A stretch of DNA of 64,000 bases from the human T2T-CHM13v2.0 reference genome, Homo sapiens: assembly GCF_009914755.1 (NCBI RefSeq), contig NC_060927.1, one strand, 5' to 3'. Positions 34,185 to 46,500 of this stretch are shown here, one piece after another (within the stretch, counting starts at the first letter, position 1; each line of letters opens with the position of its first letter). Below the pieces are notes generated by a model that saw nothing but the letters and a program-made list of their open reading frames with translations, did not search any database and was not told the origin of the DNA. The position numbers and the translations under genes are program-made.

Positions 34185-34960
34185 CATGAGTGAGCACTGG
34201 GCATGAGGATACGTCAGTGAAAGGGGCCCTGTAACATGGACCTTACATTTTGGCTGGGGGAGACAGGCAATGAATACATAGGACCATGTTGGGAAGTGCT
34301 AAGTACTCTGATGATAACACAGCAGGGTGAGGTGACAGAGGTCTAGGGAGAGTGGTGTTCAGCAAAAACTTCTCTGGGGAGAGACATCTACACTGAGGCT
34401 CAGCTTCAAGAAGGAGACAACTGTGAGTGGAGACCAGGCAGGAAAAACAGGAAGTGCAAAGGCCCTGAGCTGAAAATGAATTTTACCAAGTTAAAAGAAA
34501 AGAAAAAAATCCAGCGGAACTGTGTGAAGTGGGGGTGAAGGATGGTCCGAGATCAGAGGTGGGTGGGCAGTGGCCAGATCAAGCATGGCCTTGTGAGTGA
34601 GGAATCGGTATTAGTGGGAAGCCTTGGGAAGAATTGGATCGGGAGTATATTGTGCTCTAAAGTGGACCATCTGTGCTCCTTTGTGGTGCACTGATTGTAC
34701 TAGGTCAAGGGGAAAGCGGGAGACTGGTTAGGAGACTATCATGAGTTATCCAGTGAGAGAGGAGAGGTGCTGGAGGCCTGGCCTTGGATGGAGGCCATGG
34801 AGATAGATAGAGGGCAGGTGAGGGAATTTGGGGGATAGAGCTCGATCGGGTGATCAGTTAGATAGAGGCTGTGATTTGGAGGAGTAAGCAGGAGTGGTTC
34901 CTCTGTTTTGACTTGAGCCATTGGGTGGAATGAGGTTCCCCTTACCAAGAAGGGGTGTCT
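34185..34960 (-). mobile_element. L2 fragment
   Basis: GTGCAAAGGCCCTGAG, GGCCAGATCA, GGAGACTGGTTAGGAGACTAT. Confidence 0.7.
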
Positions 34961-35315
34961 GGTAAAGGTGAGAGTTCACCATGTGTGGGAAGACATCCTG
35001 CCACCCCACTTCCTTCTTCATCCTACCCGAGATAACATGGTAAGATGTTAGCTGCCATCCAATTCCCTGTGCACATTAGACAAACACATTACTTTCCTTT
35101 TGTCAGTTGCCTGGAAGTAGAGCACTGAGGGAAACGAAAGCTGTGTTCTATGGAGGGTGAAGAGAGAGGGGGTGGATTCTGGGGCCTGGGACACCCCTGA
35201 AAGGCAGGTTGAGGAGACGGGGACACTGCTGGGGCAGCTTGAGGACAGGAGGGCTGCAGGCATAGAAGAGCAGGGCCCAGCATGTGGAAACTGAGATGGG
35301 GAGGGCAAATGTCAC

Positions 35316-35739
35316 TGCGATGGCCTGAATGTTTGTCTCCTCCAAAACTCATCTTGAAATTTAATCCCCAAAGTAGCAGTATTGAGAGGTGCGGCCTTTA
35401 AGAAGTGATTAAGTCATGAGGGCTCTGCCTCATGGATGTATTATTTCATTTGTGGATAATGAATTAATGGGTTATCACAGGAGTGGGGCCGGTGGCTTTA
35501 TAAGAAAAGAAATAGCAATCTGAGCTAACACACTCAGCCCCCTCATCATGGGATGCCCTGCACTGCTTTGGGACTCTGCAGAAAGTCTCCCCACTCCCAC
35601 CCAGCAAGAAGGCTCTTATCAGATGTGGCCCCTTGACCTTGGACTTCTCAGCCTCTAGAACTATAAGAATAAATTTTATTTCTTATAAATTACCAGTTTC
35701 AGGCACTCTGTTATAAACAACAGAAAATGAACTAAAACA
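35316..35739 (+). mobile_element. MST (MSTD-like) MaLR solo LTR
   Basis: TG...CA termini; CCAAAACTCAT, TTGGACTTCTCAGCCTCTAGAACT, AATAAA; 5-bp flanks GTCAC/ATCAC. Confidence 0.85.
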
Positions 35740-36246
35740 ATCACCAATTTGATAGTGTGAGGAATAGCAGCCTGAGGAATGGGGTCAGAAACTGGCAGGG
35801 GCAAGAGCAGACTGCAGGTTGTGGATGGAGCAATTGGGAGGAAGAGTCGGGATGCATCAGTTAACACCCTTTGGTATGGTGCTGGCAGATGGCACAGTGC
35901 AGGCATGGGGCCTCAATGAACCCCTTAGGGTGGCCCTGTTCTTGTAGACCATGACCCTAAGAAAAGCAGCTAAGAGGTCCACCAAGTTGGCCATGTCTGA
36001 AATCATCTTGCATGGGACACTTCCTCCTTTTCACCTCCCACATTTCCTGAGGGATTTCAAGTTTAACAGGTAAGGAAAATCTTTAGCTAAAGGATGAAAC
36101 TCTGAAGGTGGCATATCAGATGTCAGCCAGAAGTAGGGAGAACATCTCACAGACATCAGGCTCCTACACACCCCTTAGATCACACCATGCAAGCTGCCAC
36201 CCTCCCTCTCCACTTGCAAATACAGCCTGTTTATATCTCTATCCAT

Positions 36247-36748
36247 CAGAATATTCTTTTTTTTTATACTTTAAGTTTTAGGGTACATATGCACAACGTG
36301 CAGGTTAGTTACATATGTATACATGTGTCATGTTGGTGTACTGCACCCATTAGCTCATCATTTAACATTAGGTATATCTCCTAATGCTATCCCTCCTCCC
36401 TCCCCCCACCCCACAACAGGCCCCAGTGTGTGATATTCCCCTTACTGTGTCCATGTGTTCTCATTGTTCAATTCCCACCTATGAGCAAGAACATGTGGTG
36501 TTTGGTTTTTTGTCCTTGCGATAGTTTGCTGAGAATGATGGTTTCCAGCTTCATCCATGTCCCTACAAAGGACATGAACTCATCATTTTTTATGGCTGCA
36601 TAGTATTCCATGGTGTATATGTGCCACATTTTCTTAATCCAGTCTATCGTTGTTGGACATTTGGGTTGGTTGCAAGTCTTTGCTATTGTGAATAGTGCTG
36701 CAATAAACATATGTGTGCATGTGTCTTTATAGCAGCACAGAATATTCT
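36247..36748 (-). mobile_element. Short 5'-truncated L1PA (PA4-like)
   Basis: Poly(T), 3'UTR and ORF2 end (..LLIGGN); 11-bp TSD CAGAATATTCT at 36247-36257 and 36738-36748. Confidence 0.95.
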
Positions 36749-38279
36749 ATTAATCAGATCATCTCTCTCCCCAAACACACATTGTCTGTATCAGGGGCCC
36801 TTGTAGACACTAAGTTTAGATGTAAATACTTAAAAATGGTTATTCATGCTACATATATTCCATAAAGAATCTAAGGAAACTTATGAATGAGGAGAGTTAA
36901 GGCAAAGATTTTCTAAATGGCTTTCTGAAAGTACATAAAAGAAGGAAGGAGGAACTTATACCAGGAAATCAGTAGGAGAGATAGTGACTCTAAATTTAGC
37001 TCAAAGCTCATGGCATCCCAAGAAAAAAGGAAAGTACACTTGTTTGTTTTGTCCTCCGTGCCTGAAAATGGCAAGCCTTGCATAAGTAAACATCTGGGGA
37101 AGCACTGTGCCATCCTGGAGGGAAAAAGTGCCTTGGACATAGACAAAGATCTGAGATTCAGATGTGACATTGGGAAAGACGAATTTCTTTGAGTACAGGG
37201 TGTATCTTCTGTAAAATGAAAGCAATTATTGTAAGCAGGGTGCCTAGTATGCACTGCCCCCATTCTTGGCTCATAATTCTAGAAGGGGATGTGTCATGAG
37301 GACCTTATATAAGAACCTATTGGTAACAAGACACAATGCCATCTGGTCAAATCCGCCTCCTCTCTGGCCTCATGACAAAACTGGCTCCTGGAAGTATAGT
37401 CTTCCCAAAGGAAAGAAAAACACCCTTAGAGACCTGGAAGTGGGAGCAGAGAAGCTCCCCTCTGCCTTGGACTGATGTTTCAGGCACCCAGCTGCTGCTG
37501 AAGTGAAGGTAATTCTGTCTGGGTCTGCAGTGTGTCTTGGAACAAAAGGCTGGCAGCATTGGAAGCTGCTGAAGCCTCCTACATTCCTTAGAAAGCCCAA
37601 ACACAACCACACACTTCTGAAGCTGGCCAAGCTTCTGTCTGGATCATCCCACCATGTTCTGTAAAATCCTACTTCTTCTGGCACCTCTTTTATAGGATCA
37701 GTGTCCTCATGGAAACCCTCTTCCGTCCCCTGTCCTATGTCAGGCCTCCTGGGGGCAGAAAATCAGATTGCAAAATCATTTCTTGCTGCTCGCTTCTTAT
37801 AAAAACTGCACCTCTCCTGCCCCCAGGAAGGCATTGCTCTCTGCTAGGGACACTGAGAAAAGGAAGAGAAACAAACTCTTAACAAGATAACACCAATAAT
37901 ATTAATAATGACAGCAGTCAGCATTTATTGAATGTCATGTTATACCAAGCATATTAAAAGGACTGTCTCATTTAATCCTCAGGATGACTCATTTCTATCT
38001 CTCTTTTACACAGCGGCTCAGAGAAATTCAGCAACTTGTTCAGAGTCACACTGCTGTTACATAATGGGGAAGGGAGTAAATTCATAAGTCTGGAGTATCA
38101 GCCACTTCTCTTATCCATGTAATGGTTACCCTAGGTTTTTCCTAATAGGAACATTTTATCATAAAAGAGCTCTTTTATCCTATAAATGTATGCACTAATT
38201 ATAAAATTAGCTATTAGTGAAAGAGGTATTTTGAGTTAAGGAGGACTGTCGTAGGGCCCCTTAGATGACACCTTGGATA

Positions 38280-38450
38280 TTTTGTCTCTTTGTGCCTCAG
38301 TTTCCTCATCTATAAAATAGAGATAGTAATACATACACACTTCAGGGGTCATTGTGAGGTGTAAATGAGTTACTGTATGTAAAGTGCTTAGAACAGTGCC
38401 TGGCACAGGGTAGGTGCTATATGAATGTGATTATTATCACAGTTGTTATT
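38280..38450 (+). mobile_element. MIR
   Basis: GTGCCTCAGTTTCCTCATCTATAAAATAG...AAAGTGCTTAGAACAGTGCCTGGCACA. Confidence 0.85.
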
Positions 38451-40704
38451 GTCAGGGTGGTGACTTCCATCTTCAGTCATATCTCAAAATTGTCCTCCTA
38501 TGAGCAAACAGGTGGGTTCTCAGGAGAAGGAGAGCAGCAGGTACCACCTGTACTCCCCTGTTCTGGCTCTTCTGCCAAAGAGAAGAACAAAAAAGTCCTG
38601 GCCAAGCATAGATGAGCTGGATCTTTCTAGCTAGGGGAAAGAAGAGGAATCCCAGGCAACCTGCAGTGTTTCCCGACATCCCAGGATACAGCCCTCCTGT
38701 GGTGCTGATGCTGGGCCAGGTTGAATGCCATTATTTTCTATAGGAAAGGGAACAGTAGGTTCTCCAGCAATCCATGTGTCTGAGGGGAAGGACTGGATCA
38801 CCCACAGAATTGGACTCAGTAGACTATCAGGTGTATCACTTGTTATGTGTCAAGCTTAAAATGTTACCTGAATTCTGTCTTCTCTCATTCTTCTATTCTT
38901 AGTTGGATTATCTGATGCCTTGTGGACAGGGTGTGTGACAAGGACACATGGGGAAAGAAAAATTTGCCCTTGGTGTAGTAGCATGCATGCACTCCTGCCT
39001 CCTAACTGCTTGGGTCCACAAGCTTTTCTGGTTATAGCTTTCTATTGCCTTGGGCTGGGCTCCCACACAGATCTAGCCCTTTGGGGACATTCTCTCATTG
39101 ACCCCTGAGTTCATATACATTTATAACCAGATCATCAGCTTCTGCAGGGCAGTGGTTGTATGTTTGATTCCCACTCTGTGCATGGCCCTGTGTCAAACAC
39201 TCAGTATCACAGGACCACAGAGGACCTCTAGGAGGTTCAGGTGACAGGGACTGTCAGTGTCTTGCCTCCTTGGGAGGCTTGATCCTTCTCAAAGAATCAT
39301 AACATCACAGGAAACTAAGAAAATGTGAGCCCATTTGGTGAGTGCAGATTCAAACACATCATAATTTTTCAGATACTGCTAATTAGCCTAATTAGCAAGG
39401 TCAATTTGGGCCAGCTAACCACTGTGCCATCTCTTCACCTGTATTGTTCAATTCATGAAATGCTTACTTGGCACCCACTCCAGGCCAAGCACTGTAGCTA
39501 GGGCCCAAGACATGTAGAATTAAAGAGGCACAAACCTGACCCCAGAAGCTGACCTAAAGGAGGGACGTCTAACAGGGAAATGGCTGTGTTGCCAAATGAA
39601 GGTGGAGCAGTAAAGTGCAAGGTGGTGGTGTCATGTGCAAGGCACAGTGTAGTGCTTCATACATGAGCTTGGGGCTCATGCAGAAAGCATGGGGCATTGC
39701 ATAAAGCTTGGGGCATTACCGAGATAGTAATACTTCTTCTGTAGCACTTTCATGAGGATTACATGCCAACAGATGTATATATATTAGCTGACTTAAACAT
39801 GGAAACACACCTATGGCCAGGGTACTATTACACATTTTATTATACATTGTAAGTGCCTGGCAAATTTTAATTGCTGCTATTATTATATTGAAGTAGCTCA
39901 GTTTAAGCAAATTCTGTTGGCAGATGGGCAGGAAGTTCACACAGAAGAGGTGAGGTCTTTGCAGGGTTTTGAAGGGTAAAAAGATGTTCATCAGGCTATC
40001 AACAGGGAGAAGGACATTGCAGGTATTGAGATAAACATGTGTCAAAAGCATAGCGGTGAGACTAGCACAGTGTGTTTGAGGAGCTGGGCAGCACCATTTT
40101 AGCCTGGCATAGAAAATAGAACACCTAACGGCCTGCTCCCTCGAGCATTTCCCACTTTCCCCTCAGGCTTGTAGAATGGGACTACGGAAACAGCTTCCTT
40201 TCCCCTTCATGTAGGAGATGCCAACACCCACTCAATCCCATGGCAGCTCCAGCACAGGCAGGCTGTTGGGTCACTATGCTGGTGACCTTTCTATTCAATC
40301 CGCAGCTCCAGCTGTACAAGCCTGGAGGCCCCACTCAGCCAGTGAGGGGAGAGCTAATTGGAAGATGAGGCATCGCAGGAGGCCTGACATCCTTGCCCCA
40401 GGCCGTCTCTGGTGCTGCAGCAGATGGCTTGCCTTCTCCGGCCCTTCAGAGACGCCCCCTCACAATCACGGCTCCACAGCTGCCATGCGCGAAGGTTAGC
40501 TTGGTGCTTCAAATGTGTGCCTGAAAGATTATGTAACTTGCTGGCAGGAGAAAGCCGCTACACTTGGCGAGTTTAGCAAAATTAAATGTGTCAACATTCG
40601 GTTTTGAATTTGAAATAGTGCAAATGTCTCCTTAGTCCCATTTGAATAAAAAAAAAGTCAAGATTGGTCATATTCTTTCTAAAATGCTATAGATTGAAAG
40701 TGTA

Positions 40705-41010
40705 TTTAACTCATTCATTTATTTAACAAATGTACACGGAAGGCTTATTGTGTGCCAGACAAATGTGATACATTAGGAATCAAACACCGCTGAAGAATCC
40801 TTCCCTCAAGGAGTTTACATTCTAGTAGGGCAGGACAGACAATAAATAACTGACACAATACTGACATATGTTCCATGCTATGACAGAAATTGAGAAACGT
40901 CATGGAGTAAATTTGAAAAACAAAGCAGGAAAAGGAGATTGGTGTTCTGGGGGTGATGCTGCACGTTAAATAAGGCAGTCAGCCAGGCTTTCACAGAGAA
41001 AGTGGAGTTG
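40705..41010 (-). mobile_element. L2 3' end
   Basis: TCATTCATTTATTTAACAAAT...CCCTCAAGGAGTTTACATTCTAGT. Confidence 0.75.
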
Positions 41011-41131
41011 ACATTGATTGTATTTAGGCACCTTTTCACTCTCCTTGTTGGCAAGTGCTTGGTAGGCAGGTCAGGGGGGAGCAGCTGGAACTGCTCTGGG
41101 GAGTCTGGAGAGAAGCCTCATTCTTGCCACC

Positions 41132-41243
41132 TAGGGTGCCCAGTTGTCCCAGTTTGTCTGGACCAAAGGGCTTCCTAGGACATGGGAGATTCAGAGCCAA
41201 AACCTAGTAAGTCCAGGAAAATGGAGACAAATGGTCACCCTTA
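41132..41243. mobile_element. MER81-like hAT MITE
   Basis: Terminal inverted repeats TAGGGTGCCCA...TGGTCACCCTTA about 110 bp apart; a related decayed copy lies at ~47980-48078. Confidence 0.65.
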
Positions 41244-41789
41244 TCCCCACACCAGTGGTTTAGTGGACTCTTACTTTTAATTCAGCCCCAGTGAGCCATC
41301 AACCTTGCCACATAGAGTGGACTCTGGCTGACCAAAACTTGAGCCGGGTCTTACCTGTTTTTAAAATTCCTCAATGCCTAGTTGATTATTTGTTTTCTTT
41401 AACCATTAGGGATTTCATCAAGATCAAGCAGGGAATAACTTTCTCCTCTCCTCCTGGATTTGTAGCAAAACTTTGGGGCTCAGAAGGAAAGCAAAATGAA
41501 TACCCATTTCTAATGAGCTTTTGAAAGTCTCCAGAGAATTTTTGCTTAGAGACACTGTAGAAGTGTAGAACTGAAAATATTCATCTTAAATGAGGTTTGA
41601 ACATTCCCCCAATGGTTTCCATTGCCGACGCTCCTCTGGCACCACAGACATTCAGGGGCTGATTGGATTCAGAGCTCCTCCAAGGCAGGGCTTGCCTTAT
41701 GCAGCTTACTGCTCCTGGCATTGAGCAGAGGACCTTATCTCTGGTAAGATGTCACTTCACACTTTGTTGGTGTTAATCACATTTTTCAT

Positions 41790-42460
41790 CTCCCAGGCAT
41801 GTCAAACTCAACTTGTGCAGAATCAAGCTCAGCAATCTCCATTTCCCTTACCCCCAAAACCTGTTCCTTCTCCCAAGTTCCAACTTCAGTGAATGGCTCC
41901 ATCATCCTCTAATTACCCAAGCCAGAAGCCTACTGACTCCTCTCTCACTCCCACAACTCACGAATCACTCAGCCTTACCTGTGTCCTGTCTCCCAAACTT
42001 GCTCTCTTGTCCTCATTACCATGGCCACTGCTCAAGTCCAAGTTCCAATCACCTGGCACCTAAGATGATGGGAAAATCATCTCATTGGTCTTCCTATTGC
42101 CTCCCCAAATGGTTTTCAACACCTACAGAGAGAGGGATCTTTATAAACATATGCAACAGATTCCATTACTTTCTATTTTAAAAGGCCTTCAATAGTTTTG
42201 TATTATTTATTGGATAATGTCCAAACTCATTAGCATGGCCTATTGGGTCCTCTGCAATCTTGTCCCTGCTAACCTACCTCACTTGAAAACAGCCCAATTC
42301 CCTACCACTTCATGTTCTGATTGAACTCAGTAAATTCACTTTCCTTAGGAGCGTTTGTCACTGTTTTTACTCACACACTTCTCTGGAGGGTCCTTCTCCT
42401 TTCGAATTTTATTTCAAGCTCAGCTGATGTCACCCTTCAGAAGACTTTCCTGACTCTTCC
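41790..42460 (+). mobile_element. L2 fragment
   Basis: CAGGCATGTCAAACTCAAC, AAACCTGTTCCTT, CCCAAGCCAGAAGCCT, TCCAAACTCATTAGCATGGCC. Confidence 0.7.
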
Positions 42461-42471
42461 AGTTAGAACTG

Positions 42472-42930
42472 GTGTTCTGTGTTAGCTGTTGTCTGTTGAT
42501 ACTCAATGGTCCTCCTGACGTTCTAAGCTTGTTCTTGTGTCACAGAGCCTGGAAGTCTGGAAAGCACATTGTCCAGATTCCTTTGCCGGCAGAACATGGA
42601 GTGATAGAAAACAGGGGCTGGGTTGAGGCAAGACAGGTAAAAGTTCCAGCTTAAATTCTTCAAATGACAGACTGGCGCATGAGATTTGCAAGGCAAAAGC
42701 AAATAACAAATCATTATTTCTTCCAGGAATGGCAGATAGATGCATGGAGAGATGGCAGTTTTTGATGTTTTTCTTTTTTTTCCCCACTTGCTGATTTCCT
42801 GAAAGCCAGCATCGGCTTTCCATTCCCATTGCTTCCCCAGCTCTCCCACCAGTTTTATGAGTTTTGAATTTCTTGAGATAAATTCCTCCCTCTTGAAATA
42901 TGCAGAGTAGTTTGTATTTCCCTAACGGAT
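42472..42930 (+). mobile_element. LTR33-like ERVL LTR
   Basis: End ATAAATTCC..TTGAAATATGCAGAGTAGTTTGTATTTCCCTAAC resembles the recalled LTR33 terminus. Confidence 0.5.
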
Positions 42931-43214
42931 ATGTGTGCTTCCTACTTTCTCAGGCATAATTAGTGTTTGTGTATCCAGCATTTCATCCAGGAGCTGGCAG
43001 TTAATAAGTATTAAATACTGTTGTTACTAAGTTAAATTGAATTGAATTATACAAAGAAATAAAAATACCATGGGTCACTTACCCATCAAGGCTAGCCCCT
43101 GAGGCGAGGTGTTTCACTCATTTCATTGCACCCGTTTCTTCATCCTCCTTCTCTGTATGTGTAATGTCAGATCATGTATGGAATGAAATGCAACAAAAAG
43201 AAAAATCCTTTGAA

Positions 43215-43580
43215 GTATGACAGTCATGGGTTCAAATCCCACACCTGTTACTTATTATCTGTGTGATCTTGAGCAAGTTACTAATTTCTCTAAGCCTCTG
43301 TTTTCTAATCCATATAGTGAGAATCTTTATGCTTTACAGAGTACTTATGAGGATACTCAATAAACATTAGTTCCCTATCCTTTCCAGTGTAGAAGAAACA
43401 TAGAATTTTTGAAATTTAAGTGGCCTTAGAGATTATTTGTGACCTTATCCCCTCATTTTACAAGGAAACAGAGGCCCAGGCAGGGAAAGTGATTGGCACA
43501 AAATTACATAGTTATTGAGTGGTGAAGCCAGGACTAAGGTAAAGTCTTTTGACTGAAAGTGCAGTTCATTTTTATATTAT
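43215..43580. mobile_element. Two MIR fragments in opposite orientation
   Basis: GGGTTCAAATCCC..TGTGTGATCTTGAGCAAGTTAC (+) and GGAAACAGAGGCCCAG (-). Confidence 0.7.
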
Positions 43581-46500
43581 AGATATAAATAATGATGCTG
43601 ATGAAAATGAATATAATTTATAATTGCAGAAGGACAGAGACGTTTCCTCAGTCAAGGTCCCAAATGAAGAAAACATAGAGCAAAGGACCCTCTTTTCCCA
43701 CAGATGTCCTGTGACTTAATATAGTGTGAGTGGGAAATAAGCACTTGCTTGGCTACTGGGATTTGAAGGCTTTTTGTTACTGCAACATAACGTAGCCTAT
43801 CCTGATTGAAAGAGGATGTGAGCTGATTGGGAATCCATGGTGTTTGGCTGATGTGGGATATAGCAACTCACCCAAAGCCTGTATGAGATGCATGGTACTC
43901 AGAATTGCCAGAAATATCCATGTTCCACATGAGAATTGAGAACTAGAGTATGGGAAAGAGACACAGGCTCACTTGTCTCATATACATTTTTTTTTTTGGA
44001 GTCTGCATCTAGGACCTAGAAAGATTCTTATGGGTCAACCTGGGATCCTTGTGTCTGGTTCTTGGGCTCCTGAAACCACCTCCTTCCTTATTCTCTCAAA
44101 CCAGCTTTGGATTGTTCCTTACATATGGTCTGAGCATCCCGGTATATTCAGGGTCCTAAATGTGGGGTTGTTCCTCAGAGAAGTGGCAGATTTTAATCCA
44201 TGAGTGGACAAACAGGTATGAGAATTCTGGCTATATAATGTAAATATCATTTTCCCGGATTGATGTGTCAAAAGTAAGATGGAATTATTATGAATCCTAT
44301 GGCTAAGAAGAGAATTAAAAGCTTTAGCTAGAAAGAGTTCATGATAAAAGCAATTAGGGAACCCCTCTTTGAAGATGAGATGGCTATACAAGGAGGTTAA
44401 AGACAGTCTGCATAGAGTTGAGAAGGGAAGATGAGAATAGCCCAAGAGAATGACTCAAGCATATGAAGGCAAATTCAAGGTGCAGCACTTATCTGAGTGG
44501 GAAGGCAGTCCCGGCACAGGTTTTGAAGAAATGTGTTAGAAAAACATGTGAAGCTTGGACTGGAAAAGAAGTAGCAGAGCCAGGTAGGAAAACCATCATA
44601 GCTGAGTGAAGTCCAGGTTAGATGTTGGACTGGTTTGCTGAGTGTAAGCTCCAGGAAGGCAGGGACTTCTTTTTGATCACTGCTGTATCCCACTATCCAG
44701 GGCAGTTCCTAGCCCGTAGCAAGGCCTTTATAGATTGTTGGATGAACGGCTGTAGAGAAGATACCCCCTGGTGTTTTTCCTTTCTTCAGAGTGACAAAGG
44801 TAGGCAGGACATGTTTGGAAAATGGAAACTTTTGCCTCTGACTCTGGCTTTCTCTCTTGCTATGGGAGACCATACCTGACAAATACAGTCGAAGGCTAGA
44901 AACACAAACATCTGGGTCTGAAACAAACAAATAAACAAACAAAAAATAGAAAAATAAAGCACCAGGATCTGGCAGAAAAAAAAAAAAAAGAGAATACTAG
45001 CCCTGCCCATGGTAGAGAAGGGAAGAGGCTGACTGAAGAGGCAGGTTATTCATTTTAAAACTGAGCCTGAAAGGAGCCAGAGAATGACAGACAGAGGGAA
45101 ATGGAATGCGAGAGGCCTGTCCCACTGCCCGAGGAAAGGAGGTGGCAGGAAGAACAATTCAGAAGATGAGGAGAAGTGAGGTTTCAGAAGGGAGCCCAGG
45201 GCAGAAGAGATGGTCTTCTCTGGAAACGTGAACAGCAGCTTCAGTTCCCAGTGTTCATATAGCTGAGTCAAGAAAACTAAGAAGAAAAATGCCCTAATTG
45301 ACAGGATTCATAGGGCCTGGACTGGAGGCAGAACAGCAGCCAACATGGCCAGGCCAGGAAACATTCAAGGCTGCAGGTAACAACTCCAGAAAAGAGAGTG
45401 TGAGAAGAGCCACATGTGTTTGGCTTGGGCAAACCCTGCTTGCAGGAGCAAAGGGCATGGGAGACCAAACACATGAAACAGCCCCAGGGGTGCCGGGAAC
45501 ATAGGCTCAGACGTGAAATGGGAATTAGGAGTTTTTATAAATTTGAAGGAGATGGAACCCCAAGTAAAATCTGGAGGCTCGGCTGCACCTGGGCAAATGC
45601 CAGTCTTATTGGCAACTGTAGTGAGTTTGAAATTCAGAATCTTTTCTATGTCTCACATTTGTTTTCTCCAACTCTTCTTTCCCAGATGTCACCAAGCATC
45701 TGCTACATCCCATGGCTGGCAACAGAAACATGGCTTCTGAGAACATAATGTTGCTCAGCTAAATTTGGTAGTTTTGGGGCTGGGGCTGCGATATTCTTGT
45801 GTACCCTATTGACTTTCATATCCCTTGCAAACCAGGACACATGAGGGCCTTGGGATTGGATAAGTCCGACCTCCTTGTTGCTTCAGGAGTCACACCCATT
45901 CTGGGTAGACACGCAGTGAGCAGCTGCTCCCAAAGGAGACACTCAGACTCCAGCAGGGAAGCTACCCTGGTTGAGACGAGGGGGACTCCAAGTCTCAGGG
46001 AGGAAAGGCCTTTCATTTCTTTGGATTTTGATTTGCAAAGGGAAGGGAGCTCTGGTTTTGAACTTTGATTTTCCTCCTAGAATTTAATAAAGGAGAGGGC
46101 TCCAGAAGGCTGAAGTTCAGGGTATTTTTAAGTTGCTGGTATTGTGCTCATTGGGGTATTTTTATGCTGTCATGTGATGTTTGTGGCACAGCTTCCTCTA
46201 CTGAGCTATATTGGACAGTGTGGCTTGAAATTTGAGATGGAAAATACAATCAGGATAAATTTTTGGCCCAGGGTACAGTGAGGACTTGGAGTGATTTTAC
46301 TGAATGCCTTGTTCTGATTATTTCAGAGGCTTCTGAAGGTAACAGCTGAACTGCCCCTCCCTCTAGCCCCTGGGTAGTGATGAGAGGCATGAGCGTATGT
46401 TGTGAGAGTAGAGTGCCTCTGCTGGCCTCCATCCTCGGAAGGACAGAGGTACCCTGGCTGGTCAGGCTTGGCAAGTTGACCCAATGAGATAAGTAGACAA

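Noticed and set aside
38690-38710. GTGGTGCTGA RE1 half-site
   Set aside because: The partner CTGTCC half-site is absent at canonical spacing
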